DNA from: Clostridium sp.
GTDB lineage: Bacteria; Bacillota; Clostridia; Clostridiales; Clostridiaceae
Reading direction: 5' to 3'
DNA: 64,000 nt
NCBI RefSeq assembly: GCF_036646415.1
Contig: NZ_JAVXMF010000001.1
Coordinates: forward strand, 65,671-129,670
The first letter of the stretch is position 1. Every line of letters starts with the position of its first letter. The notes under the pieces were generated by a model, which did not search any database, was not told the origin of the DNA, and worked only from the letters and a program-made list of their open reading frames with translations. This document shows positions 61,747 to 64,000 of this stretch, piece after piece. The position numbers and the translations under genes are program-made.

Positions 61747-64000
61747 CTATGCTTTAAATTTTCTAAGTCTTAATGCGTTTAACAATACTGATACTGAACT
61801 TAAACTCATTGCCCCAGCTGCTATCATTGGATTTAATAATGGTCCACCAAATATGTGGAGTACTCCCATGGCAACTGGTATTCCAAGAACATTATATCCA
61901 AAGGCCCAGAATAGATTTTGTTTTATATTTTTAATAGTTGCTTTACTTAGCTTTATAGCTGATATAACATCCATTAAATCACTTCTCATAAGTACTATGT
62001 CTGCTGATTCTATAGCTACATCTGTTCCTGAACCTATAGCTATACCTATATCTGCTTGCACTAGTGCTGGAGCATCATTTATACCATCTCCAACCATTCC
62101 TACCTTGTTTCCACCTTCTTGAAGTTTCTTAACTTCATTAGCTTTATCCTCTGGTAATACCTCTGATAGAATTATATCTATGCCTACTTGTTTTCCAATT
62201 GCATCAGCAGTTCTTTTATTATCACCAGTGATCATTGCAACCTTTATTCCCATTTCATGAAGAGTTTTTATAGCTTTTTTACTGCTAGGCTTAACAGTAT
62301 CTGCAACGGCAATTATTCCTGAAAGTTCTCCATTTATAGCTATATACATAGGGGTTTTACCTTCATTAGCAAGGTTATTTGAGGTTTCGTCTAATATTTC
62401 TATATTAATATTCTTCTCTACCATTAACTTTTTATTTCCTAAAAGAATATCTTTACCATCAATAAATACCTCTATTCCGTGACCTGGTATTGCATTAAAT
62501 TTGTCTATATCTTTAAGCTTTAGCCCTTTTTCTTCAGCGGCTTTAACAATTGCCTCACCCAATGGATGTTCAGAGCCTTTTTCACCACTAGCAGCTAATA
62601 TAAGAATTTCTTCTTCTGATTCTCCATTAGTTATTATATCTGTAACCTTTGGCTTTCCTTCAGTGATAGTTCCTGTTTTATCAAATACAATGGTATTTAA
62701 TTTATAAGTGGTTTCTAGCGCCTCTCCACCTTTAATTAATACTCCATTTTCTGCACCTTTTCCTGTACCCACCATAATAGCTGTTGGAGTTGCAAGACCT
62801 AATGCACATGGGCATGCTATTACTAGTACTGCTATGAATATAGTAAGAGCAAAAATTGGTGTTTCACCTGCAATTAACCAACCTACTGCTGCCATTATTG
62901 CAAGTCCTATAACAATAGGTACAAAATATGCTGATATAACGTCTGCAAGTTTTGCTATAGGAGCCTTAGATCCTTGAGCATCCTCAACTAATTTTACTAT
63001 TTGTGCAAGGGCTGTATCTCTACCAACCTTAGTTGCTTTATATTTTATAAATCCTGTTTTATTAATACTTGCTCCGATGACACTACTTCCAATTGACTTC
63101 TCAACGGGTATGCTCTCACCTGTAAGCATAGATTCATCAATGGCTGTATTTCCTTCTATAACTTCACCATCAACTGGCAACTTCTCTCCAGGTTTAACTA
63201 AAACTATATCTCCTACTATTACTTCCTCTACTGGGATAACAATCTCATTATTATCTCTAATTATAGTTGCAGTCTTAGGAGCTAGACCCATAAGTGCCTT
63301 TATAGCTTGTGAAGTTTTCCCCTTTGAAACTGCTTCTAAATACTTTCCTAGAGTTATTAGTGTTAAAATAACTGCGGCAGATTCAAAGTATAAATGCATA
63401 GCATATTCATGATTACCTTGGATTATCTTATATATTGCAAATAGCCCATATAAAAATGCTGCTAAAGTTCCAATAGAAATTAAGGAATCCATATTAGGAC
63501 TTAGTTTAAATAGATTTTTAAGTCCAATTTTGTAAAACTTATATCCAACTAACATTACTGGTAATGTTAAGATCACTTGAATTAAAGCAAAGTTAAGTGG
63601 ATTCATCATTGGAGTTATTATATCTGGAAGCTGCATTCCTACCATATGTCCCATAGTTATAATTAAGAGTGGAACAGTGAATACTAAAGAAATAATAAAT
63701 CTAGTAAGTAGTTTCTCCGCCTCATTCTTCTTTTTACCCTCTTTACCTGGCTTTTTTCCCTCTTCTTTTATAAGCTTATATCCCGCTTTTTCTACAGCAG
63801 CTTTTATTTCTCCATATCCAATTTCATCTTCATTAATCTTTATAGTAAGTTTCTCAGTAGCAAAGTTTACAACGGAATTATCCACACCAGATAATTTTTT
63901 AGTAACTCTTTCTACTCTATTAGCACAAGCAGAACAAGTCATACCTTCAATCTTAAAATCGTAGGTCTTTGTATTCTTCTTTACACTATACCCAGCTTTA
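61747..64000 (-). CDS. copA: Copper-translocating P-type ATPase CopA. Partial: the N-terminus lies beyond the window end.
   Basis: Motifs CPC, DKTGT and GDGIND. An HMA domain GMTCSACANRV lies at 63942. The reading frame continues open to the window edge, encoding ...KTYDFKIEGMTCSAC, which implies at least 2 HMA domains. Confidence 0.9.
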   Translation of the reverse strand, partial: KAGYSVKKNTKTYDFKIEGMTCSACANRVERVTKKLSGVDNSVVNFATEKLTIKINEDEIGYGEIKAAVEKAGYKLIKEEGKKPGKEGKKKNEAEKLLTRFIISLVFTVPLLIITMGHMVGMQLPDIITPMMNPLNFALIQVILTLPVMLVGYKFYKIGLKNLFKLSPNMDSLISIGTLAAFLYGLFAIYKIIQGNHEYAMHLYFESAAVILTLITLGKYLEAVSKGKTSQAIKALMGLAPKTATIIRDNNEIVIPVEEVIVGDIVLVKPGEKLPVDGEVIEGNTAIDESMLTGESIPVEKSIGSSVIGASINKTGFIKYKATKVGRDTALAQIVKLVEDAQGSKAPIAKLADVISAYFVPIVIGLAIMAAVGWLIAGETPIFALTIFIAVLVIACPCALGLATPTAIMVGTGKGAENGVLIKGGEALETTYKLNTIVFDKTGTITEGKPKVTDIITNGESEEEILILAASGEKGSEHPLGEAIVKAAEEKGLKLKDIDKFNAIPGHGIEVFIDGKDILLGNKKLMVEKNINIEILDETSNNLANEGKTPMYIAINGELSGIIAVADTVKPSSKKAIKTLHEMGIKVAMITGDNKRTADAIGKQVGIDIILSEVLPEDKANEVKKLQEGGNKVGMVGDGINDAPALVQADIGIAIGSGTDVAIESADIVLMRSDLMDVISAIKLSKATIKNIKQNLFWAFGYNVLGIPVAMGVLHIFGGPLLNPMIAAGAMSLSSVSVLLNALRLRKFKA

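Overview
This 64 kb window is low-GC (roughly 28-30%) and has Clostridium-like Firmicutes gene content. Most genes lie on the minus strand.

Gene order, left to right:
- **1-2.2 kb:** an ABC exporter, with a permease running off the window edge and an ATPase.
- **2.5-4.4 kb:** a sigI-rsgI sigma/anti-sigma pair; the anti-sigma has a repetitive C-terminus.
- **4.6-5.2 kb:** a membrane protein with an HExxH motif.
- **5.5-12.7 kb:** the nickel-insertion genes hypA and hypB bracketing a tandemly duplicated ~900-aa Fe-S/FAD oxidoreductase. The second unit keeps only a hypB stub.
- **13.0-17.9 kb:** an MFS transporter, a NUDIX hydrolase, and a 989-aa PLD-nuclease / SF2-helicase / DUF3427 fusion protein.
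- **18.1-28.0 kb:** a complete type I-C CRISPR-Cas locus. The array has 35 repeats of 32 bp and decays toward the far end. The genes are cas2, cas1, cas4, cas7, cas8c, cas5c and cas3.
- **28.0-30.95 kb:** an eroded mobile-element remnant. It holds a phage replisome-organizer gene, an Rpn-like nuclease fragment, a copy of the organizer gene's two ends fused together, a pair of near-identical terminators, and a GC-rich segment that may be structured RNA.
- **30.96-35.5 kb:** a flotillin-like SPFH protein, TelA and a membrane protein.
- **35.7-40.3 kb:** a DEAD-box RNA helicase, a Na/Pi cotransporter with Pho-box-like direct repeats upstream, and a K+ channel.
- **40.4-46.8 kb:** a conserved but uncharacterised cluster. 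It combines a tandem glutathionylspermidine-synthase-like ATP-grasp ligase, a lipoprotein, two small unknown proteins, a DUF350 membrane protein, a PIG-L deacetylase and a GNAT acetyltransferase.
- **47.5-49.9 kb:** a surface protein with leucine-rich repeats and CWB2 cell-wall-binding repeats.
- **50.4-51.6 kb:** an MFS transporter.
- **52.1-54.8 kb:** a metallophosphoesterase and a flagellar-like pair resembling YlqH and FliK.
- **54.9-56.5 kb:** tyrS preceded by a tyrosine T-box leader.
- **56.6-64.0 kb:** several hypothetical proteins, a methyltransferase pseudogene, an AraC/GyrI regulator, copZ and a copA that runs off the window.

The best candidates for novel biology are:
- the hypA/hypB-bracketed duplicated oxidoreductase;
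- the PLD-helicase-DUF3427 gene beside the CRISPR array;
- the ATP-grasp / PIG-L / GNAT cluster;
- the decayed element upstream of cas3.
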